NCBI GenBank assembly: GCA_965603825.1
Contig: CBFDEM010000004.1
Coordinates: 806,001 to 870,000 of the forward strand
DNA: 64,000 nt
Source: Blepharisma stoltei ATCC 30299
Lineage: Eukaryota; Protista; Ciliophora
Reading direction: 5' to 3'
The position numbers and the translations under genes are program-made. Shown one piece after another: positions 1 to 13,864 of the stretch (position 1 is the stretch's first letter; the number at the start of each line of letters is the position of its first letter). The notes below the pieces were generated by a model. The model did no database searches. It was not told the origin of the DNA and was given only the letters and a program-made list of their open reading frames with translations.

Positions 1-579
1 AATGGATTAAACATATTAATTGCGATAAGCACTGCTGTAATTTTTTATTGCAGTATAGCATGATGCTATCTCTTCTTAGCAAATATACAGAGATATTGAT
101 GGCAGAGCAAATACAATCTGTCCTTGAAGCAGTACAATGCTCAGCAAGATAATAAAATTTGATTGCCAAAAAGAGTTATAAATCAATGATGAGGTCCATA
201 ATAATGCACTTAATAGGAGTATCTCAAGAAATAGAAGCTTAAATAATAATAAATATCAAACAACTACAATACTGACTTTCATAGGTTTGGGCTTTATAAA
301 TGGTAGTGGATCATTACCTTATTTATTCATCCTTAAATAAATTATTAAACTACTAATCTTTACTCTACAAAAATCTGTGATATCATTATTTCTTATTTAA
401 AATTTCTCAACAACATATATCTCATTCATTTTTATTTTTAAATTATAATTATTTGACTTTAAAATTAATTAATCAACAACTCATCTTAATGCAATCTATT
501 AAACAATTTTTAGCAGGCTATCTTTTAATGATTCTTTGCAGCTTAATATTATTATTTAAATATAAATATTACAATTTAT

Positions 580-2511
580 ATGTCAATATCATATGATATA
601 TCAAGGATAATTCAAATACTGCAAATTCCTTCTAGACTTCGTAGCAATGAAGACATTGCTTATCTTATGACTCACACATCTAAAATAGACTTTTTTAAAA
701 AGATAACTGAAGAACAAAAATCATCTGAAGTTCATGAATACTGCTGCCAAGTAATGACATTTGAGGAGCATAATCCAGAAGATATAATAGTAAATTTTGG
801 TGAAAACGGATCTAATTTTTACATTGTTCTAAAAGGGTCAGCTTCAGTCAATATTCCTACAAAGAAAAAGATAGCAGTAAATCTCAGAGATTTAAAGAAA
901 TATAGACTTAAAACATTTTTATTAACGCTTTATGATGGAGAAGATGAAGTCCCTGAGATAAATCTTGACTTAAAAAAAAAGAAAAGAAGAGTCGGGAGAA
1001 TTTTCAATGCGGTTGATCTTAATTCACTTAATACTGCCATGCAAGAAAAGAAAAATGAAGACAATGGTAATCAGCAATTGAATGAATTTTCTAAAATAAA
1101 CGATCTATTTAAAGACAAAATTGATGAAGAAAAGGAAATAATTCTTGGTTTTTTGTCTAAGCAAAATCCAGGAACAAGATTTGTAGAAGTAGAAACTGAG
1201 AAGTTAAGTAAAGTTGCTATCATAAATGAAGGCGGATCCTTTGGAGAGCTATCTTTAATAAGTGAAAGACCTAGGGCTGCTACAATTATAGCAGAAGAAA
1301 AAATAATTTTAGGAGTCCTCTCAAAGGTAAACTTCAAAAAAATTCTTGGAAATCTAGCAGAAAAAAAGCTCAATGAAAAAATTAAATTTCTTCAAACCTT
1401 GCCAATGTTTTCGAATTGAAGCAAAATTGCTTTGTATAAATTAGGATTCTATTTTTCAAGAATTTTATATAAGAAGCATCAGTTTGTATATAAAGAAGGT
1501 GATCCAGCTAACACTGTATATTTTGTAAAGTCAGGAGAGTATAAGGTAAAAGTAAATTAGATTACAAAAATCCATAGTGAGCTAAAAGGGGTTGTTGATA
1601 CTTCATCTCTTGGTTCTCAAACAAGCCGGCTAAGTAGTCATAGCTCTGTTCTTAGACTAGGAAAAATGAGGAAAAAAAGTATCAAAAAGCAATTGCAGTT
1701 AGTGATCAAAGGAAAAAATGAAATGATAGGAATGGAAGAAGCATTGGAGAATTTTGAAAAAAGGATTCACTCTTGTCAATGCATATCTGATGAAGGCGAG
1801 GTGTTTTGCATAAGTAGAGATGTAATTATCATTTAGAATTTGAATATTGGGATAACTTATCCTGATACATGAGCCCAAATAAGAGATAAACATAATGCAA
1901 ATTATGCATTTTATAAACAAAGGGCCATCCAATTAACAAAAATTGAAGAGGTAAAAAAATCATTCGATTTTAGATCATTAAGTAAATTACCTGTTGAGCA
2001 CTTGGAAAAAGAAAAAGAAGAAACTGAAAAATTAAAAGAACCAATTCCAAACATTCAAGAAAAACTTATAAAAGATGGCCTTCCAAGCGTTTTAGATAAA
2101 CAACTTAAGCATTCTTCAACACTAACAACCCCAAAGCATAGAAGATTTAGATCATCTCCAGGCCCAAGCCCATGCCCATATCCAGGCACAGAAAGAGAAA
2201 AACCTATAGATTTGCCTATCTTCAAAGAAGATAGGCAAATAGTTTTCTATAATAGAAAAATTGACACTGGGACTCCAATATTTAATAATCTTAAAAGTCC
2301 GCAGGGTTTTAATACTGACTCTAAAAGAAGTACTGAAACAAATCCATACGAAAAATTTATTGATAAAAGATTTGCTCCTCGTAATTTTTTTAGCAATTGT
2401 AATTCACCAGCTTCTTCAAATAGAAAAGCTGATAGTGCGGAAGGAGGGCTTACTGCGAAGTTTAAAGATTATACAGCTAGAGTTTTGAGAAAATACTCAG
2501 ATGAAAGATAA
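580..2511 (+). CDS. Cyclic-nucleotide-binding domain protein, copy 1 (two CNBDs; join 580-1545,1561-1821,1837-2511; ~633 aa)
   Basis: FGE..FYIVLKG and SFGELSLI..PRAAT phosphate-binding cassette; second CNBD VYKEGDPANTVYFVKSGE. The frame stays open with TGA=Trp and removal of two 15-nt introns, and ends at TAA. Confidence 0.9.
1546..1560 (+). other. 15-nt spliceosomal intron GTAAAAGTAAATTAG
   Basis: GT..TAG with A at position 10; in-frame TAG; same position in all six paralogs. Confidence 0.9.
1822..1836 (+). other. 15-nt spliceosomal intron GTAATTATCATTTAG
   Basis: GT..TAG with A10; in-frame TAG; conserved position. Confidence 0.9.
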
Positions 2512-3422
2512 TATTAATTTCTTTAAATTTCTAATATTTGATTGGAAATCTGTATCATTATTATCTAATTACGCAAATTAATCTTTATATTCTTTAGTTT
2601 TGAAACGTAAATTTGCCAACCTTCTACTTTTATAGTCCATTTTTACTCAATTTCTAAATTTTCTTTAGCAATCACACTAAGTCTATTATATCTTCAATTG
2701 CTTCCAATGGGTTCACTGAAAATCTCTGCTAAGCAGGCCAATTATATCAATATTTTAATATCATTAAATTTCTCGACCAACTACGATTTATACCATATTT
2801 TTCGTTATTTTCCATTAGAGCTGGTTTAAAATCGTCTAATTTTCCTCTGTTTTAAATAAAATCATTTATCTTTTTAGGCTAAAACAATTATAATTTGCAA
2901 TCTATTTTCTTTAAAGTAAATTCTACCTATTAGCAATTCTGATGTCCATAGTCAAGCCGTTTGCCCTATTCTCGGATAAATATGAAGCCTTTTTACATCT
3001 CTAAATTCCATATCAATTATACCACTGATCTATAGTTAAAATGCTTTTTGATATCCCAGCAAAATTTAAACCTGCAAGATATTTAAAAAATGTATTTTTT
3101 AAGAAAATGCTTTAATGAGTAAATTATGTAATATTTTAAATTAAAAATGTATTCATTGTCCTCGTAACTAATTAATACAATTAAAATCCTTGCTCAAAAA
3201 AAGGAGACTCTGATTTCTCTACTCCCTTTTTAAGAATTTCGATAAGAGCCTAAATTATATACAGCGTCATTTTAATTTTTAACCTATAATTTTAGCTTTA
3301 AAATGAATTAATCAACAGCTCATCTTAATCCAATTTTTCAAACAATTCTTATCATAATCTAACTTTTAATAATTGCCTTATCTCAAGTGCTATTCTATAT
3401 ATAAATAAATACTAGTAATTGC

Positions 3423-5360
3423 ATGTCGGCATCATATGATATATCAATAATTACCCAAATATTGCAAATTCCTTCCTGGCATCGTAGTGAAGAAGACATT
3501 GCCTATCTTATGGCTCTTACATCGAAAATAGACTTTTTCAAAAAAATAACTGAAGAACAAAAATCACCTGAAATTCATAAAGCTTGCTGCCAAATAATGA
3601 CGTTTGAAGAGCATAACCCAGGAGATATAATAGTAAATTTTGGCGAAAACGGATATAATTTTTACATTGCTCTTAAAGGGTCGGCATCAGTAAATATTCC
3701 TACAAAGAAAAAGGTCACAATAAACATCAGCGATGCAGAGGCAGATAAGCTTAAAAAACTGTTTTTGACGATTAATCTCGAAGAAGACGATGTGTCTGAA
3801 ATAAAGGTCGATCCAAAAAAGAGAAAAAGAAGATGCGGCCAATTTTTCAATGCGGTCGATCTTGTTTCCCTAAATACTGCTATGAAAGATAAGAAAAATG
3901 AAGGCAATGATAATCAGCAGCCAACTGATTTTGGAAAAATAGTAGATTTATTTAAAGAGAAAATTGATGAAGAAAAATCAGTAATTCTGGATTTTTTGTC
4001 TAAACAAAGCCCAGAAGCAAGGGTTGTAGAATTAGAAACTGAGGAGTTAACTAAAGTCTCTATGATAAATGAAGGGGAATCCTTTGGGGAATTGTCTTTA
4101 ATAAGTAACAAGCCCAGGGCTGCTACAATTGTAGCAGAAGGAAAAATGATTTTGGGTGTTATATCAAAGCCAAATTTTCAGAAAATCCTTGGAAAACTTG
4201 CAGAAAAAAAGCTAAATCAAAAGATTGAATTTCTTCAAGCTCTACCAATGTTTTCGAATTGAAGCAAAATATCTTTATATAAATTAGGACCTTATTTTAC
4301 AACTATTTTATATAAGAAGCATCAATTTGTATATAAAGAAGGTGAGCCTGCCAACACTGTATATTTTGTAAAATCTGGAGAATTCAAGGTAAAAATAAAT
4401 TAGATTACAAAAATCCATAGTGAGCTGAAAGGAGTTGTTGATACCTCATCTCTTGACACTCAGACAAGTCGACTAAGCAGCAATGGAGCTGTTCTGAGAC
4501 TAGGAAATATGAGGAAAAAAAGCATCCAAAAGCAATTGCAATTAGTAATCAAAGGAAAAAATGAAATGATAGGAATGGAAGAAGTATTGGAAAATTTTGA
4601 TAAAAGGATTCACTCTTGTCAATGCAATTCTGACGAAGGCGAAGTATTTTGCATAAGCAGAGATGTAATTATCATTTAGAATTTGACTATTGGAATCACC
4701 TATCCTGATACATGAGCTCAAATAAGAGATAAGCATAATGCAAATAATGCATTTTTCAAGCATAGAGTTATCCAATTAACAAAAATTGAAGAGGCAAAAA
4801 AAACATTAGATTTAACATCATTAAGTAAATTACCTATTGAGCACTTGGAAAAAGAAGAAAATGAAAAATTATCAGAATCAATTCTTAATGAACAAGAAAA
4901 ATCTTCAAAGGAGACTAGATATAGCGCTCCAGATAAACAATTTAAACAATCTTCGCGACTAATGACTCCAAAGCATAGAAGATTTAGATCCTCTCCAGGG
5001 CCAGGCCCAGAAAAAGTAAAAACAAGAGATTCTCATGTCCTCGAAGAAGACAGATCAATAAATTTCTATAATAGAAAAATTGATACAGGGATTTTAAATC
5101 TTGATAGCCCTAAAGAACCTCAAAATTTTACTAGTGTTTTTAAAAGAAGTACTGAGATAAGCCCATATAAAACAATGATTAATAGAAGAATGGCTCCACC
5201 TAATTTCGTTAGAAATTATAAACCACGAGCTTCTTTAAATAGGAAAGCTGATAATGTAGCAGAAAAACTTGCTACAAAGTTTAAAGATAATTTAAACCAA
5301 AGCTTCAGAAAATATTCAGAAGATACCTACAAAAGGGAAGATTATAGTTATATGTTTTAA
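3423..5360 (+). CDS. CNBD protein, copy 2 (introns 4389-4403, 4665-4679)
   Basis: Paralog of copy 1 with the same motifs; open with TGA=Trp; ends at TAA. Confidence 0.9.
4389..4403 (+). other. 15-nt intron GTAAAAATAAATTAG
   Basis: Matches the intron consensus; conserved position. Confidence 0.9.
4665..4679 (+). other. 15-nt intron GTAATTATCATTTAG
   Basis: Matches the intron consensus; conserved position. Confidence 0.9.
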
Positions 5361-5900
5361 ATTCCTAATTCTTAATTGGAAATATGATTTCAATATTAAT
5401 CTTTAATCTATTTCCTTAATACTTAAACATCTTATTTTCTATCACCTCTTTTCCTGATTTATACTTTTATCATCAACTTTAAGCAATTTCTTGAGTCACT
5501 TGATAATGGGCTTGCTGAAAATCTGACTATGGAAGACAAATCTACGGTTATCGAACTATATTTTTAATGCCAGCCTTTATTTATTGAGCTCATTATAGGC
5601 TGAGCTGTATAAATCTTTTAAGGAGTTAATTTTAAATTTTTAATAATTGTTGAAAATAATGGCAATTTTGAAAAATATTTCTTTTGGAAGTATTTTAAAT
5701 ATAGTAGCATTGCCTACTAGTTCATTTATAGCTTTATAATAAAAATAGATTTATATTTTCTGCTAATTTCTATATGAATTCGACATAGATAAGAATAATA
5801 TATTTTGACAAGAAAATTAGAATATTTTAAGCTTAAAGCTTTATATAAGTTGAATCGATCATATAATTATCTTCTTTGCTCTATAAAATAGAAGATTGTG

Positions 5901-6030
5901 GTGCCACTACTCCCTATTTAATAAGTTAAAAGCAACCTAATTTTACTCATTTTCATTTTTATACTATAACTTGACTCTAAAATGAAATAATCAACAGCAC
6001 ATCTTAGCACAATTTATCAAAAAATTCTTA
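5901..6030 (+). promoter_or_regulatory. Conserved upstream blocks of the CNBD paralogs (example shown for copy 3)
   Basis: A CTCCCTATTTA-like block (~-190) and an AATCAACARCWCATCTTA-like block (~-110) recur upstream of the copies (the first is degenerate in copy 1), while the more distal spacer is not alignable by eye. Confidence 0.45.
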
Positions 6031-6099
6031 TCTCACTATCATTTTTTGATAATAACATAGCTTATAATGTAATTCTATATTAATAAATACTATTAATTC

Positions 6100-8049
6100 A
6101 TGTCAACGTCATATGATATATCAAGAATAACCCAAATACTTCAAATTCCTTCTAGGCTTCGTAATAACGAAGATATTGCCTATCTTATGTCTCTTACTTC
6201 GCAAATAGACTTTTTTAAAAAAATAACTGAAGAAGAAAAATCATCTGAAATTCATAAAGCTTGCTGTCAAGTAATGAAAGTTGAGGAGCGTAATTCTGGA
6301 GATGTTATAGTAAATTTTGGTGAAAAAGGCTATAATTTTTACATTGTCCTTAGTGGGTCAGCCTCAGTAAATATTCCTACAAAGAAAAAGGTCAAAATAA
6401 CACTGAGTGACGCAGAGAGATATAAACTTAAAAATATTTTTTTGACGCTTGATCTTGAGGAAGATGATGTATCTGAGATAAGTTTTGACTCAAAAAATAA
6501 GAAAAGAAGAGAGGCAAAAATTCTTAATAAGGTTGATCTTATTTCACTTACTACTGCCATTCAGGAAAAGAAAAATGAAGACAGTGATAATCAGCAGATA
6601 AATGAATTTTGCAAAATAAATGATTTATTCCAAGACAAACTTGATGAAGAAAAGAAAATAATTCTGGAATTTTTATCAAAACAAAACCCAGAAGCAAAAG
6701 TTGTAGAAATAGAAACTGAAGCGTTAGCCAAAGTTTCTATAATAAAAGAAGGCGAATCCTTTGGAGAATTGTCTTTAATAACTAATAAACCTAGAGCTGC
6801 GACAATTATAGTGGAAGAAAAAATAATTTTGGGAGTCCTCTCAAAGCCAAATTTTAAAAAAATTCTTGGAAACCTCGCAGAAAAAAAGCTTACTGAGAAA
6901 ATTGACTTTCTTCAAGCCTTGCCAATGTTTTCTAATTGAAGCAAAATTGCTTTGTATAAATTAGGACCTTATTTTTCGAGAGTTATATTTAAGAAGAATC
7001 AGTTCGTTTATAAAGAAGGTGATCCAGCGAACACAGTATATTTTGTAAAATCAGGAGAATTTAAGGTAAAAACAAATTAGATTACAAAAATCCATAGTGA
7101 GCTGAAAGGAGTTGTTGATACCTCATCGCTTGAGATTAAAAATAACGGAAGAAGCAACAATGGCGCTGTTCTTAGATTAGTAAATATGAGGAAAAAAAGC
7201 ATCCAAAAACAATTACAATTAGTGATCAAAGGAAAAAATGAAATGATAGGAATGGAAGAAGTATTGGAAAATTTTGATAAAAGGATCCACTCTTGTCAAT
7301 GCATATCTGATGAAAGCGAGGTATTTTGCATAAGCAGAGATGTAATTATCATTTAGAATTTGACAATTGGAATAACTTATCCTGAAACATGAGCCCAAAT
7401 AAGAGATAAACACAATGTAAATTATGCATTTTTCAAGCATAGAGTTATCCAATTAACAAAAATTGAGGAGGCAAAAAAATCTTTAGATTTAAAATCATGA
7501 AATAAACTGCCTATTAATTATTTGGGAAAAAAAGAAACTGAAAAATTAGAAGAGCCATATCCAAATATGCAGAAAAAATCTGTAAAGGAAGCTAGGTTTA
7601 GCTCTCCTGATAAAGAGTATAAGCAGTCATCATGGTTTACAACTCCAGAGCATAAAAGAATTAAATCTTCTCCAAGCCCATGCCAATATACCAACCCAAA
7701 AAGAGTAAAAACTGAAGAGTCTCCTGTCTTCAAAGAAGACAGGTCATTAATTTTCTATAATAGAAAAATTGATACTAGGACTTCAAATACTGACAGTCCT
7801 AAAAGACCTCAGAGTTTTACAACTGTTTTAAAAAAAAGCACTGAGACAAGCCCTTATAATAAGATCGCTCATAGAAGAGTAGCTCCGCCTAATTTCCTGA
7901 GAAATCATAAACCAAGAGCTAATTCTATAAGAAAAGTTTATAATGCTGCAGAAAATCTTGCTGAGAAATTAAAAGAGAAAGCAAATCTAAGCTTGGGAGA
8001 CTATTCAGCAGAAATGGAAAAGAGAGCATATAAGAGTTTTTTTCTTTAA
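6100..8049 (+). CDS. CNBD protein, copy 3 (introns 7066-7080, 7342-7356)
   Basis: Paralog with three in-frame TGA=Trp; ends at TAA. Confidence 0.9.
7066..7080 (+). other. 15-nt intron GTAAAAACAAATTAG
   Basis: Matches the intron consensus; conserved position. Confidence 0.9.
7342..7356 (+). other. 15-nt intron GTAATTATCATTTAG
   Basis: Matches the intron consensus; conserved position. Confidence 0.9.
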
Positions 8050-8618
8050 ATTTTAATACTTTGATGAAAAATATGTTTTCAATATTATCTATTGCTGAAT
8101 TTTTCAGCAAGCTTTTATTTATACTCCATGAGTGATTTTTGATCGTCTTGGGGTGAATATACAGCAAAATCTATGAAAAACCAATAAATAAAAATTGGAT
8201 TTCTTGGTCTATTCTTATTTGGGATCTAATTTATAAGTTCTAACTACCTGAGTTTGCTATGGCTTGGGTTCATAAATTGTTTTGTGAGCTATTTACATAA
8301 AATGATCATTCCGAAGATAGGCAAAATTGTTAGGATAAGAATATTAAATTACATCTTATAAAACCTTATTTATTGTGCAATTAACTAGATTATATATTAT
8401 TAATAATTCATGTTAAGCAAAAAAGGAGAATGTTCCCTATTTAAGAATCCATATCATTAATTTTATTATTTTCATTTTTAATCTATATTTTGACTTCAAA
8501 ATTAATTAATCGACAACTCAATTTAATGCAGTTTATCAAAAATTTCTTATCAGACTATAACTCTTGCTAGTTTTTATAGCTTAAAATGCCATTCTATATA
8601 AATAAAATTAAAATTTAT

Positions 8619-10568
8619 ATGTCAGTATCATATGATATATCAAGAATTACTCAAATTCTGCAAATTCCTTCTAGACTTCGTAGTCAAGAGGATATTGCCT
8701 ATCTTATGGCTTTAACATCAAAAGTAGACTTTTTTAGAAAAATAACTGAAGAACAAAAATCATCTGAAATTCATAAAGCTTGCTGCCAAATAATGACGTT
8801 TGAAGAGCGTAAAATTGGAGATACTATAGTAAATTTTGGTGATAACGGATTTAATTTTTACATTGTTCTCAAAGGGTCTGCTTCAGTTAATATTCCAACA
8901 AAGAAAGAGGTCAAAATAAATCTCAAAGGTGTAGAGACTGATAAACTTAAAAAGATTGTTTCGACACTTAGTGATGAAGAAGATGATATAGGTGAAATAA
9001 AATTCGACCCAAAGAAAAGAAAGCGTCGTGCTGGAAAAATTTTCAATGCGGTTGATCTTATTTCACTTAGTACTGCTATGCAAGAAAAGGAAAATGAAGA
9101 AAGTGATAATCAGCAGTTAAATGAGTTTTGCAAAATAAATGATTTATTTAAAGACAGACTTGATGAAGAAAAAGCAATAATTCTGGATTTTTTATCAAAG
9201 CAAAATCCAGAAGCAAAAGTTGTAAAAATAGAAACTGAGGAATTAACCAAAGTTGCTATCATAAATGAAGGAGAATCCTTTGGAGAATTGTCTTTGATAA
9301 GTAATAAGCCTAGGGCTGCTACACTTATTGCAGAAGAAAAAATAATTTTGGGAGTCATATCAAAGCCAAATTTTAAAAAAATTCTTGGAAAATATGAAAT
9401 AAAACGGCTAAATGAAAAAATTGACTTTCTTCAAGCTTTACCAATGTTTTCTAATTGAAGTAAAACTGCTTTATATAAATTAGGACTTTATTTTTCAAGA
9501 GTTTTATACAAGAAGCATCAGTTCGTATATAAAGAAGGCGATCTAGCTAACACTGTTTATTTTGTAAAATCTGGAGAATTTAAGGTAAATCTAAATTAGA
9601 TTACAAAAATCCATAGTGAATTGAAAGGTGTTGTTGATGTCTCATCTTTAGATACTCAATCAAGCAGGCTAACCAGTAATGGCACTGTTCTTAGATTAGA
9701 GCAAATGAGGAAAAAAGGTATCCAAAAACAATTACAATTAGTAATCAAAGGAAAAAATGAAATGATAGGAATGGAAGAGGCTATGGAAAATTTTGATAAA
9801 AGAATTCACTCTTGCCAATGCTGATCTGATGAAGGCGAATTATTATTCATAAGTAGAGATGTAATTAAAATTTAGAATTTGAAAGTTGGAATAACTTATC
9901 CTGATACATGAGCCCAATTAAGAGACATTCACAATGCAAATAGCACATATCTTAACCAAAGAGTTAAACAATTAATAAAAATTGAGGAGGCTAAAAAATC
10001 GTTGGACTTAAAATCATGAAGTAAATTGCCAACTACCCTTCTGAAAAGAGAAGAGACTGAAAAACTTAAAGAGATATTTCCAAATATAAAGGAAAAGCCT
10101 GCAAAGGAAGCTAGATATAGCATTCCCGATAAAGATCTAAATCACTCTCCACGATTGTCCCCAGAGCATAAAAGGTTTAGATCTTCTCCAGTTCCAAACC
10201 AATCTCCATATTCAGAAAAAGTAAAAACTAGAGAGTCGTCTGTCTTCAAAGAAGACAAATCAAAAATCTTCTATAATAGAAGAGTTGATACTGGGATATC
10301 AAATCTTGATAGCCCCAGAAGTCCTAGTTGTTTTACTACTGACTCTAAAAAGAGCACTGAGACAACCCCATATAAAAATTCTTATCATAGAAAAGGCGCT
10401 CCACCTAGTTTCTTTATAAATTTCAAAAAGCGAGCTTCTTCTTCTAATAGAAATGGTGAAAATGTGGCCAAAAAAATTGCTGAGAAATTTAAGGATCATG
10501 CAGATAAAAGCTTGAAAGATTATTCAGCAGAAATCTATAAGAGGGCATGCAAGAGCTATTTTCTTTAA
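8619..10568 (+). CDS. CNBD protein, copy 4 (introns 9585-9599, 9861-9875)
   Basis: Paralog. Start placed at the ATG homologous to the other copies (MSVSYDIS). Four in-frame TGA. Confidence 0.9.
9585..9599 (+). other. 15-nt intron GTAAATCTAAATTAG
   Basis: Matches the intron consensus; conserved position. Confidence 0.9.
9861..9875 (+). other. 15-nt intron GTAATTAAAATTTAG
   Basis: Matches the intron consensus; conserved position. Confidence 0.9.
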
Positions 10569-11206
10569 ATTTCTAATATTTAATAAGAATATAGTTTCAA
10601 TATTATAATTCTTTTGTAAATTTCATTTGAGCTCATATATAACTATTCTGCATCCTATTATAATTCTTCCACCTAATTATATGAAACTCTATTTCAATTA
10701 TCTAAATTGAATATTAGTGTAATGGCCAATGATATTTAAATATGATTTTCTAATAAAAAATTTAGCACATTTCGATAGAATACGATTTTAGATATCTACC
10801 TAAGAAAATTAGGCAATATTTAATTAATACGTATTTGCTGTGTCTTGTATATTAATAATTTTTGCTCCACAAATAAGCAAAATGTGACGCCACCACTCCC
10901 TATTAAGAATTCTCAACAATATTAATTTTATTCGCTCCATTTTAAATCTATATTTTGGCTTAATTACTCAACAACTTATCTGAATGCAATTTATCAAGCA
11001 ATTATTTATTTAATTGGCATCTAGATCTTGTACTGATAGAAATCATTCATCTTTACTTGCTAAAACATTAAACAGCCACCTGTTCTAATAAGATTTAGGC
11101 CTTTTATTCTGTAAATAACTCAGAGTCAAATTTATTATAAGACTATAAATTTTGATAAAAGCCGTAGCTTAAAATATAATTTTATATAAATTAATACTAA
11201 AATTGT

Positions 11207-13114
11207 ATGGAAACAGCACATGATATATCGAGAATAACCCAAATATTGCAAATTTCTCCGAAGCTTCGTAGTGAAGAGGATATTGCATATCTTATGGCTC
11301 TTACGTCGAAAATAGACTTTTTTAGGAAAATAACTGAAGAACAAAAATCATCAGAAATCCATAAAGCTTGCTGCCAAGTAATGACATTTGAGAAGCATAA
11401 CCCTGGACATTTAATTGTAAATTTTGGTGAAAAAGGCTCAAATTTTTATATTGTTCTTAAAGGATCGGCATCAGTAAACATTCCTAGAAAGAAAAAGGTT
11501 ACAATAAGTCTTAGAGATCTAGAGACAGATAAACTCAAAAAAATTATTTCGATGCTTCATAAAGAGGAAGACGATATATCTGAAATAAAGTTCGACCCAC
11601 AAAAAAGAAGACGAAGGGGTGGAAGAATTTACAATGCGGTTGATCTTATTTCACTTAATAGTGCCATGCAAGAAAAGGAAAATGAAGAAAGTGATAATCA
11701 GCAGTTAAATGAACTTTACAAAATAAATGATCTATTTCAAGACAAACTTGATGAAGAGAAAGCAATAATTCTGGATTTTTTGTCTAAACAAAATCCAGAA
11801 GCAAGAGTTGTAGAAATAGAAACTGAGGATTTAACCAAAGCTTCTATCATTAATGAAGGGGGTTCATTTGGAGAATCTGCTTTAATAAGTAATAAGCCTA
11901 GAGCTGCAACACTTATAGCAGAAGAAAAAATTATTTTGGGAGTTATATCAAAGCCAAGTTTTAAAAAAATTGTTGAAAACCTTGCAGAAAAAAAGCTCAA
12001 TGAGGTACTTGAATTTCTTCAGGCCTCAGGAATGTTTTCTAATTGAAGCAAAATTGCTTTATATAAATTAGGACCTTATTTTTCAAGAATTTTATATAAG
12101 AAAAATCAGTTTGTATACAAAGAAGGTGAGCCAGCCAACACTGTATATTTTGTAAAATCTGGAGAATTTAAGGTAAAAATAATTTAGATTACAAAAATCC
12201 ATAGTGAGCTGAAAGGAGTTGTTGACACCTCATCGCTTGAGACTAAAAATAATCGAATAAGCAGCTCTGTTCTTAGACTAGGACAAATGAGAAAAATTGG
12301 TATCTTAAAACAATTGCAATTAGTAATTAAAGGAAAAAATGAAATAATAGGAATGGAAGAAGTGATGGAAAATTCTGACAAAAGAATCCATTCTTGTCAA
12401 TGCTGATCTGATGAAGGTGAATTACTATGCATAAGCAGAGATGTAATTAACATTTAGAAATTGTCTAATGGAATAACCTCTCCTGATACATGAGCCCAAT
12501 TAAGAGATAAGCACAGTGCAAATAATGCATTTTTCAAAGAAAGAGTTATCCAATTGATAAAAATTGAAGAGGCAAAAAAGTCACTAGATTTAACATCGTT
12601 TAGTAAATTGCCTATCAAGTGTATAGAAAAAGAGAAAGAGGAAATTGAAAAATTAAAAGAATCTCCAAATATAATGGACAAGACTATGAAGGAAACTAAA
12701 TCTAGCTCTCCTGATAAAGAAGTTAAATGCTCCTCGTGGTTTATATCCCCAAAGCATAGAAAATTAAGATCTTTGCCAAGCCCAAGCCCGAGCCCATATC
12801 CAAGCCTAGATAAAGTAAAAATTAGAGATTCACCTGTCTTCAAAGAAGACAGATCAATTTTGTTCTATAATAGAATAATTGGCACTGGGATATCAAATTT
12901 TGATAGTCCTAAAGCCCCTAAGGGTTTTACTATTGGCTTTAAAGAAAGAATTAAGAAAAAAAAACAAATTGTTCATAGGAGAGTGGCTCCTCCTAATTTC
13001 TTGAGAAATTATAAACAGAGGGCTTCTAGTTGGAAAGCTGATAATATAACTGAAGAGCTTGCTGCAAAATTTAAAGATTATGTGAATCGAAGCTTAAGGA
13101 AATATTCAGAATAA
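11207..13114 (+). CDS. CNBD protein, copy 5 (introns 12173-12187, 12443-12457)
   Basis: Paralog with the cassette variant FGESALI; ends at TAA. Confidence 0.9.
12173..12187 (+). other. 15-nt intron GTAAAAATAATTTAG
   Basis: Matches the intron consensus; conserved position. Confidence 0.9.
12443..12457 (+). other. 15-nt intron GTAATTAACATTTAG
   Basis: Matches the intron consensus; conserved position. Confidence 0.9.
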
Positions 13115-13864
13115 TCTACAAGATAGATAATCATTAATTATTTAATTTCTAATATTTTATGGGTAAATATGATTTGCTATTATACTCATTGCTATTTATG
13201 GAAATAAATATATAATCTACTTGCTTACTTGTAATAATAACTATAGGCTATATAAAATGATTTAAGCCCCACAGAAAAATATTAATAGGCAACAAAGATA
13301 ATAAATCAGACTCTTGATTTTATATCATTCTTTACATATTTCTGCTTTTATCTGCAGAAAATAACAATTTTCTATAGTCTCAAGAGTTTTGTTAACCGTT
13401 TTGCAGACTTTCTGCACCTTATATTAAAAAAAATTACCAGTCTTAGAGCAAGATAAACAAAAAAACTGTTTATTGATAATATTTTAAAACTAAGGATCCA
13501 TAAGCATCCTATAATCTTTTTGAAAATCTGAATAGATAATTTTATCTAATTCATATAATAATTTTTATTGCAAAGTAAAAAATATCTTGAAATAATAATA
13601 TCAGATTGAAATCTTATTTTTTACGTTCTTAAATAAATTATATAATTAATAATTCTTGCTGAAAGTTGAGGTCACTCCTCCCTATTTACAATTTTACAAA
13701 ACATTTATTTAACTCATTTTTATTTTAAAACTATAATTGACTTTAGAATAATTTAATCGACAACGCGTTTAAATGCATTTTACGAAATAATTCTTATAAT
13801 ACTATAATTTTTTGCAATTACTGTATCTGAAAATGTCATTCTTATAAATAAATACTAAAATTGC

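Noticed and set aside
1-240. Possible 3' end of a gene at the window start
   Set aside because: Frame 1 is open to 201 with TGA=Trp and frame 3 to about 150, but neither has a recognisable motif; it cannot be supported without upstream sequence.
1071-1373. Antisense ORFs in the track (here and opposite most genes)
   Set aside because: They are shadows of the real CDS with no recognisable motifs; they recur in the array only because the sense gene is duplicated.
9822-9824. Selenocysteine reading of TGA (e.g. CQC-TGA)
   Set aside because: Paralogs have Ile or Asn here rather than Cys, other TGAs align with conserved Trp, and no SECIS was recognised.
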